In this document: piece after piece, positions 33,636 to 41,805 of the stretch | Layout: each line of letters begins with the position of its first letter | How positions within the stretch are numbered: position 1 is the first letter of the stretch | Assembly (NCBI GenBank): GCA_016203945.1 | Contig: JACQLT010000002.1 | Span: forward strand, 797 to 64,796 | DNA length: 64,000 bases | DNA from: Parcubacteria group bacterium | GTDB taxonomy: Bacteria > Patescibacteriota > Minisyncoccia > Minisyncoccales > UBA10102 | Direction: 5' to 3' | Position numbers and translations under genes: made by a program | Notes under the pieces: model-generated | Told to the model about the DNA's origin: nothing | Database searches by the model: none | What the model saw: the letters and a program-made list of their open reading frames with translations, nothing else

Positions 33636-34883
33636 TCAAACGACTGCCGGAACAAGCAGAGGTTCAGGAACTTTTACTTCAACCAGAGGAAGAGGCTCTT
33701 TGTTTATGTGCACGACTTTAGGCGGACGGAATCCGTTGAAATAGGTTGCGGAAGCAAATGTATACGCCCCGATATTTTCCGTGTAGAGAAGATCGTCCAG
33801 CTCCAAATCCTCGGGCAACTCATCCATTAATGAAATGGTGTCAAAGGCGTCGCATGTGGGGCCGAAGGTAGAAACAATTTTTTTCTCTCCCTCTTTAAAG
33901 GCGTGGAGCGGATAGCGCTGATGATCGTACACCTGCCCGGAAAACGTGTGGTACACGCCGTCATCCAAGTAGTAGCATGTTTTTTCGTCGCGCACGGATT
34001 TGCCGATGATCTTGACTACCAATATGCAGGAGGTGGCCACTAAGAATCGGCCGGGTTCTGCGATGACTTTTACATTATCTGAGCCGAACAAACGCTTGAT
34101 CTCAGAATTTAGCTTTCTGGCCAAGAAAGTAAACGATTTCACTTCGGAGGTATACCTCACCGGAAATCCCCCTCCTATATCCAAAATCTTCAGCTTGCTT
34201 CCGTCTTTCTGGTTAAATCCAATATCCAGACCGCGCAACTTTGCTTCTTTGAACACCGCAGAAGTAAGATTGAGCGCCTGCACGTAGTTCTCAAAATTAT
34301 TGCATTGGCTGCCCACGTGAAAGCTGATTCCTCCCACCTCAAGGCCCATGTTGACTGCTTCTGCCATGAGGTCTACGGCTTCTGCGGAATCTGCGCCAAA
34401 TTTGGAAGAAAGCTCCACCATAGAACCGGTATTGGGCACCCGAAGCCGCAAGATCAAACCCATCTTGGGAGCAAATTTCTTTATCTTTTTCAATTCTTCA
34501 ATATTGTCAAACGTGGTCATTATTCTGCTCAGCTTGGCCAGGTCTGGAGCCGGCTTGATGGTATTGGCGTAGATCATTTTATCCCAAATAAACTCCTGCC
34601 TTTTCTTTTCGGACAAATGCTTGATATTCTTATGGACCATTCTGAATTCCTGGATAGAGGCGACGTCAAAACCAGACCCCATGTCGTATAGAGTTTTTAG
34701 AATTTCGGGGTGCGAGTTGGATTTAATGGCGAAATACGCCTGCACGTCAGGCAATTTTTCAGTGAATTCACGGTAGTTCTGCCTGATGGCTTCGTGGTCA
34801 ATAACAAACAGAGGCGTGCCGTGCTTGGCTGCAATTTTTTGCAAAGCCTCTTTTTGCTCTCTTTTCACTGTAGTGTCTTGCAA
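33636..34883 (-). CDS. PLP-dependent ornithine/lysine/arginine decarboxylase (group IV, alanine-racemase fold)
   Basis: YFAIKSNSHPEILKTL (PLP-Lys), ILDIGGGFPV, FGPTCDAFD. Confidence 0.85.
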   Translation of the reverse strand: MQDTTVKREQKEALQKIAAKHGTPLFVIDHEAIRQNYREFTEKLPDVQAYFAIKSNSHPEILKTLYDMGSGFDVASIQEFRMVHKNIKHLSEKKRQEFIWDKMIYANTIKPAPDLAKLSRIMTTFDNIEELKKIKKFAPKMGLILRLRVPNTGSMVELSSKFGADSAEAVDLMAEAVNMGLEVGGISFHVGSQCNNFENYVQALNLTSAVFKEAKLRGLDIGFNQKDGSKLKILDIGGGFPVRYTSEVKSFTFLARKLNSEIKRLFGSDNVKVIAEPGRFLVATSCILVVKIIGKSVRDEKTCYYLDDGVYHTFSGQVYDHQRYPLHAFKEGEKKIVSTFGPTCDAFDTISLMDELPEDLELDDLLYTENIGAYTFASATYFNGFRPPKVVHINKEPLPLVEVKVPEPLLVPAVV

Positions 34884-34893
34884 ATAATAATAC

Positions 34894-36342
34894 TCAGGGC
34901 AGGAACACGAAATTATGAAACTGCCATGGATCGGAATCCGAAACGCTTGCCGGATTGCCTTGAAAATATGTGGTGCGATTTTTTAATGGAGTCCAGTCGG
35001 AAGGAGTAGAGATGAATTCGCCCAGATATGGTTTGGCGATATCCAGCACAAAGTCATGCGGCAGGTCATCTGGCAAATTGATGCCTTTGTTCGGATTCTC
35101 AAGCATCCAAAGCACCGCGGCAATGACTCCGGCCGCCACTTGAAGCGTAGTGGCATTTTGGTTCGGGATCAGACGCCTGGTCTCTTCAATAGAGAGATTG
35201 CTTCCGGTCCACCACGAGCCATATGCATGCCCCATAAGAAGGGCTCCCAGGATATCGGCTCCCGTAGTGATCTCGTTCGACATGATGCGCTGCTTTGCAG
35301 GCAACACGTAGTTCAGACCGCGCAATTCGTGCAACGAAGAAAGTGTCTCGTGGCACGGCATATAGGCATAGTGCACGGTCGGACGATGAACTACTTGGCC
35401 GTTTTCCCAAACAGTAAGCCGATCAGAAATACCGAATGCCTCTCCGTGCCGAATCACCATGCCGACGATTTCCTCGTCTGGAATCCACGACCTCACCCAG
35501 GTATTCATCCCCATCTGGTTCAGGAAAATCTGATTTTTCGGGCCATATTCGGGAACAACCGCATGCGCGGGAATTTTCTTTTCGTGCGTGCCCCAGCCCA
35601 TTTCAGAGGGCGCACTTCCCTCTTCACGCAATCCCTCAATGCTCCACGTGCCGACAAATTCGTTGACCTCTTTGGGCTGGTTTGTGATCTGCGTGTCGCG
35701 CTCTGAGCAATGAATCACCTTGACTCCAAGCTTTTGGGCGAGCTTCGCAAAGTTGCGGTCTTTCACGTACCGATTAATTTCTTCCTGGTCTGCTTGCGAA
35801 ACTTTTTTGTCTGCAATAAGCCTGTTGCCAATATCCACCAAGCCCTGCTTGGTAAAGTGAGAAATGAGCCCCGGATTTGCCCCGTGGTCCACGACAGCGG
35901 TAGTCGAGTTTTTCCAATCCTTGCCAAGCTCAGCCAATTGCATCTGCAGGAAATACAGTGATTTTTGAAGCGGAGTTTCCGTCTGAATCCCGGTGTAGGG
36001 ATCCCATGTCTCCACCGAAGTGTTGACATACAATACATTGTGGTTATGACACCACGTCAGAATGTCCACACAGCCGATATTCCAAGCCAAATCAATGATC
36101 AACCCTCCATCATCCACATTCTCAGAGAGAATTTTGTCAAGGTTCTCTTTGACGATCTTTTTCTTTACATATTTCACTCCCAGGTCCGTATATTTTTTCA
36201 ACGCTTCGGATTTGTCGTCAAAATCAATGACGGTCACGTTTGAAAACGGCGCATCTATCTTTTCAAACAAAAGCGGAATCGTACACTGAGAGACGGACCC
36301 GTATCCGATAACAAGAATTTTATGGCCAAATTTCTTTTTCAC
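34894..36342 (-). CDS. hss: homospermidine synthase
   Basis: ILVIGYGSVSQCTIPLL, HGANPGLISHF, FVGTWSIEG, SIEETRRLIPNQNATTLQVAAG and DPWQFHNF parallel the bacterial HSS sequence as I recall it (from memory, no alignment run). GTG start. Confidence 0.88.
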   Translation of the reverse strand: MKKKFGHKILVIGYGSVSQCTIPLLFEKIDAPFSNVTVIDFDDKSEALKKYTDLGVKYVKKKIVKENLDKILSENVDDGGLIIDLAWNIGCVDILTWCHNHNVLYVNTSVETWDPYTGIQTETPLQKSLYFLQMQLAELGKDWKNSTTAVVDHGANPGLISHFTKQGLVDIGNRLIADKKVSQADQEEINRYVKDRNFAKLAQKLGVKVIHCSERDTQITNQPKEVNEFVGTWSIEGLREEGSAPSEMGWGTHEKKIPAHAVVPEYGPKNQIFLNQMGMNTWVRSWIPDEEIVGMVIRHGEAFGISDRLTVWENGQVVHRPTVHYAYMPCHETLSSLHELRGLNYVLPAKQRIMSNEITTGADILGALLMGHAYGSWWTGSNLSIEETRRLIPNQNATTLQVAAGVIAAVLWMLENPNKGINLPDDLPHDFVLDIAKPYLGEFISTPSDWTPLKNRTTYFQGNPASVSDSDPWQFHNFVFLP

Positions 36343-36395
36343 TTTTTGTATTATCTTTTCGAAGATTTTTTTATGAAAAATTCTTCGATTACATC

Positions 36396-36423
36396 ATCGT
36401 ACAACAGCCAAGAGTGTTGTCAA
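36396..36423 (-). promoter_or_regulatory. promoter TTGACA-N16-TACGAT upstream of hss
   Basis: rc of 36418-36423 = TTGACA and rc of 36396-36401 = TACGAT. The 53-nt leader contains an AT-rich imperfect palindrome (36361-36388). Confidence 0.45.
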
Positions 36424-36433
36424 GAGTTTTTTG

Positions 36434-36466
36434 GCAAAAAATAAAAAACGGGCAGCTTGGTGCCCG
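36434..36466 (-). terminator. rho-independent terminator after the secA/DUF3850 unit
   Basis: CGGGCACC-AA-GCTGCCCG followed by TTTTTTATTTTTTG. Confidence 0.7.
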
Positions 36467-36497
36467 ATATCTTTTGAAAATTTTGCTCTCGCAGTGA

Positions 36498-36764
36498 TTA
36501 TTCCAGAGAAATAATCTGGATTCCCTTTTCTTTTATTTCACTTTCTGGCCAAAATAGCTTATCAATTTTAAATTTCGCAACATAGTTTACTTTCTTCTCA
36601 GTCTTTCTGCCTGTATATGCTTTCGTCTTCTGGTCCCACTCTTCCAATACGAGCATATCGCCTTCTGCAACGTCAAAATCATCCAGCCGCAGCTCAAACT
36701 TCTTTTTCCCGGAAGCAACTGCTTCAAAATACTCCGGCCAGATTTTCTTCTTGATGATTGCCAT
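36498..36764 (-). CDS. ASCH/DUF3850-like small protein
   Basis: MAIIKKKIWPEYFEAVASGKKKFELRLDDFDVAEGDMLVLEE. ATG 36764 lies just after the secA stop. Confidence 0.6.
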   Translation of the reverse strand: MAIIKKKIWPEYFEAVASGKKKFELRLDDFDVAEGDMLVLEEWDQKTKAYTGRKTEKKVNYVAKFKIDKLFWPESEIKEKGIQIISLE

Positions 36765-36765
36765 G

Positions 36766-39234
36766 CTATTGTCCGTGGCAACGTTTATATTTTTTGCCAG
36801 AACCACAGGGACACGGATCATTCCTTCCCACTTTTGGCATAGACTGTACGGGCTTGCCCTCCGAAGCCCCGAGCGAAGTCGAGGGGACAGAGGTGGAAGC
36901 CAACTTCATATTCATGATGGTTTCTGCGATCAAAGCGTCTATGATCTGCAAAAGACCCTGAAACATCTTGTGCCCCTCGTTCTTGTATTCCACCAAAGGG
37001 TCCTGCTGGCCGTACGCGCGCAATCGCACAGAATCCCGCAGCTGCTCCATGTTCTCCAAGTGTTCCACCCACGAGGAATCAATGACGCGCAGAGGAATGA
37101 TCCTCTCTGCCTGGCGCATGTTCTCCTCACCAACCTCCTGTTCTTTCTTCTCATACTCTTCTTGCGTGTGTCCTGCCTTTTGCGTAATAGCCATGATCTT
37201 GGACCTCAGCTGCGCGGGGTCCTGCTGCTCCAGCATCTCGTTCCTCTTGCGATACATTGTCTCTCGATGCCGGTTCAGTACGTCGTCATACTCAAGCAAA
37301 TGCTTCCTGGCGTCAAAGTTGAATCCTTCCACCTTGCCCTGGGCAGACTCAATGGCCTTGGAAACCATAGCGTGCTGAATGGGCTCGCCTTCCGGCAAGT
37401 GGAATTTTTCCATGATGCCTTTTAGCTTGTCCCCTCCGAATATTCTCATGAGGTCGTCCTCCAGGGATACAAAAAACTGGGAAGAGCCCGGATCTCCCTG
37501 CCTTCCAGACCTGCCGCGCAGCTGGTTGTCAATACGGCGGGCCTCGTGGCGTTCGGTACCGATAACATAAAGACCGCCCAGGCTTCGACACTGCTCAGCC
37601 TCTTTAAGAACCTGCGGGTTCCCTCCGAGAACGATATCCACGCCCCGGCCCGCCATGTTGGTCGCTATGGTCACGGCCCCCTTTCTTCCTGCCTGCGCGA
37701 TGATGGCTCCCTCTCGCTCGTGGTTCTTCGCGTTCAGCACCTCGTGGGGAACGCCGTCCCGCGACAGCAGCTGCGAAAGACGCTCGTTCCTCTGGATGGA
37801 AGCCGTGCCAACGAGCATGGGCTGCCCTTTGAGGTGTCGTTCTTTCACTTCCCGCACAACGGCATTGAACTTTTCTTCTTCTGTTTTATACACCAGGTCC
37901 CGAAGATCCTGGCGGACTAAAGGCTTGTTCGTTGGAATCGAAAGCACGTCAATGTTATATACCTTGTGAAACTCCTCAGCTGAAGTGAGAGCCGTGCCGG
38001 TCATGCCGGCCAACTTCTTATACATGCGGAAATAGTTCTGGAACGTGATAGAGGCCAGCGTCAAGGATTCCGGCTGCACGAATACATTCTCTTTTGCCTC
38101 AAGCGCCTGGTGCAAGCCTCCTGAATATCTGCGGCCCGGAAGCAAACGGCCCGTGAACTCGTCCACGATGACGAGCTGCCCGTCTTTCACCACGTAGTCG
38201 CGGTCCCGCTGAAACATCGCCTCTGCTCGCAGGGCTTGCTCTAAATGATGCAGATACTTGATCCCTTTTTCCTGATAGATATCTCCTGCTCCGATGAGTT
38301 CTTGAACATGGTCAATCCCGTGTTCGGTCAGCGTGACCGCTTTTCTTTTTTCGTCTATTTCATAATCGGTTTCGGCTTTGAGTTTTGGAATCAATCTCGC
38401 AAAATCTTTGTACCAGGAAGAGCTTTGCGTATCGGGGGCTGAAATAATAAGCGGGGTACGCGCTTCGTCAATAAGAATAGAGTCGACTTCGTCTACGATG
38501 GCAAAGTTATGCCCCCGCTGCACCATATGCGCCAAGTCGTAGACCATGTTGTCTTTGAGATAATCGAATCCGAATTCATTGTTTGTGCCATATGTAATAT
38601 CCGCAGCGTATGCGTCTTTTCGTGAAACCGGCCTTAAAAACTTTTCCACTATCTTGAATCCTCCCACGGCATCCCTCTCCTTATCGATAGGCTCGCCCTC
38701 CGAAGCTTTAGCGAAGGAGGGGTCATATATATATGAGGTGTCGTGCACGATACATCCCACCGACAGCCCCAGCGCGTGGTAGATCTGACCCATCCAGGCG
38801 GCGTCCCGGCGCGCAAGATAGTCGTTCACCGTCACCACGTGCACTCCCTTGCCCTCCAGTGCATTCAGGGCAGTTGCCAGGGTTGCGACAAGCGTCTTTC
38901 CTTCTCCGGTCTTCATTTCCGCGATCTTTCCCCGATGCAAAGCAATGCCGCCCATAAGCTGCACGTCAAAATGGCGCTGACTCAAAGTGCGCAAGGCAGC
39001 TTCTCTCACAAGCGCAAAGCACTCCGGCAGCACGTCGTTGAGCGTTTCACCTGCCTCGCCGGTAGGCGGGCCCTTTTGGACCCGCTCGCGCAGCTGGCTG
39101 AAACGTTCTGCGAGCTGTGCCAAGGAAAGATCCTTGAGCGCAGTTTCCTCTCCATTAATCTCCTCGACCAAAGGACGCATGCTCGCAACAACGCGCTCAT
39201 CCGCATCTCCTAAGATTTTGCCGAGTATGCTCAT
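36766..39234 (-). CDS. secA: preprotein translocase ATPase SecA
   Basis: [42 protein letters not shown]-terminal zinc finger [14 protein letters not shown]. Confidence 0.96.
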   Translation of the reverse strand: MSILGKILGDADERVVASMRPLVEEINGEETALKDLSLAQLAERFSQLRERVQKGPPTGEAGETLNDVLPECFALVREAALRTLSQRHFDVQLMGGIALHRGKIAEMKTGEGKTLVATLATALNALEGKGVHVVTVNDYLARRDAAWMGQIYHALGLSVGCIVHDTSYIYDPSFAKASEGEPIDKERDAVGGFKIVEKFLRPVSRKDAYAADITYGTNNEFGFDYLKDNMVYDLAHMVQRGHNFAIVDEVDSILIDEARTPLIISAPDTQSSSWYKDFARLIPKLKAETDYEIDEKRKAVTLTEHGIDHVQELIGAGDIYQEKGIKYLHHLEQALRAEAMFQRDRDYVVKDGQLVIVDEFTGRLLPGRRYSGGLHQALEAKENVFVQPESLTLASITFQNYFRMYKKLAGMTGTALTSAEEFHKVYNIDVLSIPTNKPLVRQDLRDLVYKTEEEKFNAVVREVKERHLKGQPMLVGTASIQRNERLSQLLSRDGVPHEVLNAKNHEREGAIIAQAGRKGAVTIATNMAGRGVDIVLGGNPQVLKEAEQCRSLGGLYVIGTERHEARRIDNQLRGRSGRQGDPGSSQFFVSLEDDLMRIFGGDKLKGIMEKFHLPEGEPIQHAMVSKAIESAQGKVEGFNFDARKHLLEYDDVLNRHRETMYRKRNEMLEQQDPAQLRSKIMAITQKAGHTQEEYEKKEQEVGEENMRQAERIIPLRVIDSSWVEHLENMEQLRDSVRLRAYGQQDPLVEYKNEGHKMFQGLLQIIDALIAETIMNMKLASTSVPSTSLGASEGKPVQSMPKVGRNDPCPCGSGKKYKRCHGQ
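36853..36886. repeat. GC-rich repeat copy in frame near the secA C-terminus
   Basis: cttgccctccgaagccccgagcgaagtcgagggg, translated as [22 protein letters not shown] arms flank the CCGAAGC..AGCGAAG core. Confidence 0.65.
38692..38722. repeat. GC-rich repeat copy in frame inside secA
   Basis: ctcgccctccgaagctttagcgaaggagggg, translated as [11 protein letters not shown]. Confidence 0.65.
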
Positions 39235-39279
39235 CTCGTTATAAAGCCTCTCTATTATTCATTACTTTCGTTATTTTGT

Positions 39280-39313
39280 AAATGAAAAGGGGCGAGAACT
39301 GTGTCCTCACCCC
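39280..39313 (-). terminator. rho-independent terminator after the GNAT gene
   Basis: GGGGTGAG-GACACAGTT-CTCGCCCC followed by TTTTCATTT. Confidence 0.6.
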
Positions 39314-39333
39314 TTGGTGTCCGCCAAAGCGGC

Positions 39334-39855
39334 TTATTCCCCGAGAACGGTTTCCGGCCGAGCCCAGAACCATGCCTGGTCCTTCTCCTCTCCATCGTAC
39401 TCCCAGACGTCCGGGATGACGACGGTCTTGAATGGCTTAAAGACCTTCTCGTAGAAGCCCTTGCTGCCGGCCGAGCTGACGACGAAGACCGTCGCAATCT
39501 CGAACCCCTCAAAGATGACATCTCCTTCCACGAACTGCCGCAGAGTCTCTCTGACGAGGCGCCTGCCGATGCCGCTCTGCTGCAGGTCCTCGCGGACTGC
39601 GATGAAGTCGAGCTCCAGGCTGACGCGTTCGTCGGAGGCGTCAGAGACGCCCCAGACGATCGCCCCGACCAGTTTCCTGCCGTGGAAGGCGGCAAACACC
39701 TGGCACCAGGGATGATCCTGGAGATAGTCGTTCATCCACCGATGGTGGACGCCCCGCCGATTTTCCTCTTCGTAGATCTCCGCAGCCAGAAGGTGCGAGA
39801 CCTTTCTGATCAGCCGTTGATCTTGCGGATTGATCCGTCGAATCTGGACTTCCAC
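39334..39855 (-). CDS. GNAT-family acetyltransferase
   Basis: FIAVREDLQQSGIGRRLVRETL. GTG start with AGAAGGA SD 9 nt upstream. Higher GC than its neighbours. Confidence 0.7.
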   Translation of the reverse strand: MEVQIRRINPQDQRLIRKVSHLLAAEIYEEENRRGVHHRWMNDYLQDHPWCQVFAAFHGRKLVGAIVWGVSDASDERVSLELDFIAVREDLQQSGIGRRLVRETLRQFVEGDVIFEGFEIATVFVVSSAGSKGFYEKVFKPFKTVVIPDVWEYDGEEKDQAWFWARPETVLGE

Positions 39856-39989
39856 CTGAAATTTCCTTCTTTCACTAAATTGCCGTGTGTACCAAAAAAG
39901 ATAGTAGCATGTTATAAAAAGTCAAGTTGTGAATAACTTGGCTCGGCCAAGGATAGGTCGAGGATAAAGCGAAAAGAAAATGCCCCGCG

Positions 39990-40460
39990 TCAGGCGACGG
40001 GGGCGGGTTCGAAAACGGGCTCAAGGAAGGGCGGCGTAGCCTCTTCCCTAAGCCGGAATGTCTCAGAGTTGTTGTTTGCGTGCGTTGTGTACAAGCGAAC
40101 AAACAACCCGTGGACTTTCTCCAGCTCGACCGAGCAGAAAGCCTCACACACCGGGCATTCGAACTGCAGAGGCAAACACCTCTCCGGAATCTCGGACCCG
40201 TGTTTGATGAGAATCTCCGAGCAGCACCGCTTCAGAACCGGGGGCGTTGTTGATCCCTCAGGCTTGAGGAACGGGTAGCCCTTCAGGGAATCGACCGTCC
40301 AAACGATGGATGAGGCAAGGTTAGTGTACCTGTTCCGCTTTTCCTTGCGCCACGGATGACTGTTGGGAAGACACACGAACTCCTTTCCGTCTTCGTAGAA
40401 TTTTCCCCATTGGAGAATCCAATTCTCGCAACAGTTAAGAAGAATCGTTCTGCCAATCAT
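39990..40460 (-). CDS. hypothetical Cys-rich protein
   Basis: 156 aa with 11 Cys, including CPVCEAFC. Canonical promoter and AAAGGAG SD 8 nt from the ATG. No family recognised. Confidence 0.6.
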   Translation of the reverse strand: MIGRTILLNCCENWILQWGKFYEDGKEFVCLPNSHPWRKEKRNRYTNLASSIVWTVDSLKGYPFLKPEGSTTPPVLKRCCSEILIKHGSEIPERCLPLQFECPVCEAFCSVELEKVHGLFVRLYTTHANNNSETFRLREEATPPFLEPVFEPAPVA

Positions 40461-40499
40461 GTCGAAACTCCTTTCGAAACTTCCGAAATGGCTATTGAC

Positions 40500-40528
40500 A
40501 TCCTAATCTATGCACATATGCTTGTCAA
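40500..40528 (-). promoter_or_regulatory. promoter TTGACA-N17-TAGGAT for the Cys-rich ORF
   Basis: rc of 40523-40528 = TTGACA and rc of 40500-40505 = TAGGAT. Confidence 0.5.
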
Positions 40529-40546
40529 TAAAAAGGACCGAGAGAA

Positions 40547-41503
40547 TTATCGCACGAATTGGATTTCTTCCTCTAGCCGCGCGCCGAATTTCTTTTTTGC
40601 TTGCTTTTTTACTTTTTCAGCAAGTTTTTTTACATCTTCTGCTTTTCCGTTTCCCAAATTCACCATGTAATTCGGGTGTTTTGTTGAAACTTGAATGTCC
40701 CCCACGCGCAGGCCCTTCAATCCGGCCTCTGCAATGATAGCTGCCGTAGGGATGACGGGAAAGGGATCGATCTTGATGACGCTGGCGAAGTGCTTCTGCC
40801 AACGAGTCGACATTTTTTTGACATCGCAGTTCTTAAACACGCTTCCCGCATTAGGATACTCAAGAGGGTGACGCTCTCTGCGATATCTCATATGGCTCTT
40901 CGCAATCCTGGAAAGCTCTTTTGCGTTCCCCTTTTTCAGACGGAGGCGAGCCGCAAACACGACGTACTTCTTTTCCTTGAATAGCGAGGATCGATAGGAA
41001 AACTTGCACTGCGCCTTTGAAAACGTGCGCACACGACCCTTCTCGTTAATCGCTTTGACGGAGACGACCGCATCTTTGATTTCTCCTCCGAAAGCTCCAG
41101 CGTTCCCTCGTACGGCTCCTCCCAGGGTACCTGGAAGTCCTCCCGCCCATTCCAATCCTGCCAACCCGCGCTTTGCGGTTTCTCTCACAAGTAAATCCAT
41201 AGAAACTCCGGCGCCTGCAACAACGCGCGTGCCTGTAATTGTATAGTTCTTTATATTTATAAAAATGACGAGGCCTTTGAACCCCTTGTCTGCTATCACC
41301 ACGTTGCTGCCTCCTGCCAAAACGAAAAATGGAGTTCTGCGGGACTTCGCCGCCCGCAGCGCACGGATGACGGCAGACGGGGTACGCGCAATAAAAAAAT
41401 ATCTCGCGAGGCCTCCTATGCGAAATGTCGTATACGGTGCTAACAATACTCCTTCCCGAGCTTGAGGAAGGAGCTGCTGTATCGATTTCTTCGATGTATT
41501 CAT
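40547..41503 (-). CDS. murB: UDP-N-acetylenolpyruvoylglucosamine reductase
   Basis: LAPYTTFRIGG, VLAGGSNVV, GAGVSMDLL, NAGSVFKN. ATG 41503 (MNTSKKS) is preferred. Confidence 0.9.
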   Translation of the reverse strand: MNTSKKSIQQLLPQAREGVLLAPYTTFRIGGLARYFFIARTPSAVIRALRAAKSRRTPFFVLAGGSNVVIADKGFKGLVIFINIKNYTITGTRVVAGAGVSMDLLVRETAKRGLAGLEWAGGLPGTLGGAVRGNAGAFGGEIKDAVVSVKAINEKGRVRTFSKAQCKFSYRSSLFKEKKYVVFAARLRLKKGNAKELSRIAKSHMRYRRERHPLEYPNAGSVFKNCDVKKMSTRWQKHFASVIKIDPFPVIPTAAIIAEAGLKGLRVGDIQVSTKHPNYMVNLGNGKAEDVKKLAEKVKKQAKKKFGARLEEEIQFVR

Positions 41504-41607
41504 AATATCCGCTATGGGCCGGAGGAGTAAACTCCAATACAAAGTCTTTTGTGAGTGCTGCCTCCGACCCGGCTTTATTTTTACACGGGGGCATAAAAAA
41601 AGCAAAA

Positions 41608-41742
41608 GGCCTCGCTGGAGGTTGAAGCAAACTGCTTTGCTTCAACGGGCGTTTTAGCGAAGCTTTAGCGAGCGTTAAAAAACGCCCAGTGCCCCCGAGA
41701 GCGGGTGTCTTAAAAAGTAACAGATCCCGCTCGAGGGGGATC
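41608..41742 (-). repeat. cluster of three strong hairpins containing two more copies of the GC-rich repeat core
   Basis: 41621-41646 has an 11-bp perfect stem. 41647-41687 is GGGCGTTTT...AAAACGCCC enclosing agcgaagctttagcgagcg. 41723-41742 is GATCCC..GGGATC. 41608-41621 has rc CCTCCAGCGAGGCC. Confidence 0.6.
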
Positions 41743-41805
41743 TATCACCGACTTTGTGGAAGCTCCCTTGCGGGAACACTCACGTCCTTATCTTATCATG
41801 TCGCC

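Noticed and set aside
39255-39936. Overlapping ORFs 39255..39695 (-) and 39301..39936 (+) in the GC-rich stretch
   Set aside because: They are Ser/Arg/Pro/Ala-rich translations with no motifs. The third ORF (39334..39855) has a GNAT acetyl-CoA motif, an SD and a terminator, so the others are frame shadows typical of high-GC DNA.
41046-41645. 199-aa minus-strand ORF overlapping murB in another frame
   Set aside because: MurB motifs occupy the alternative frame over the whole length. This ORF is Arg-rich with no start signals.
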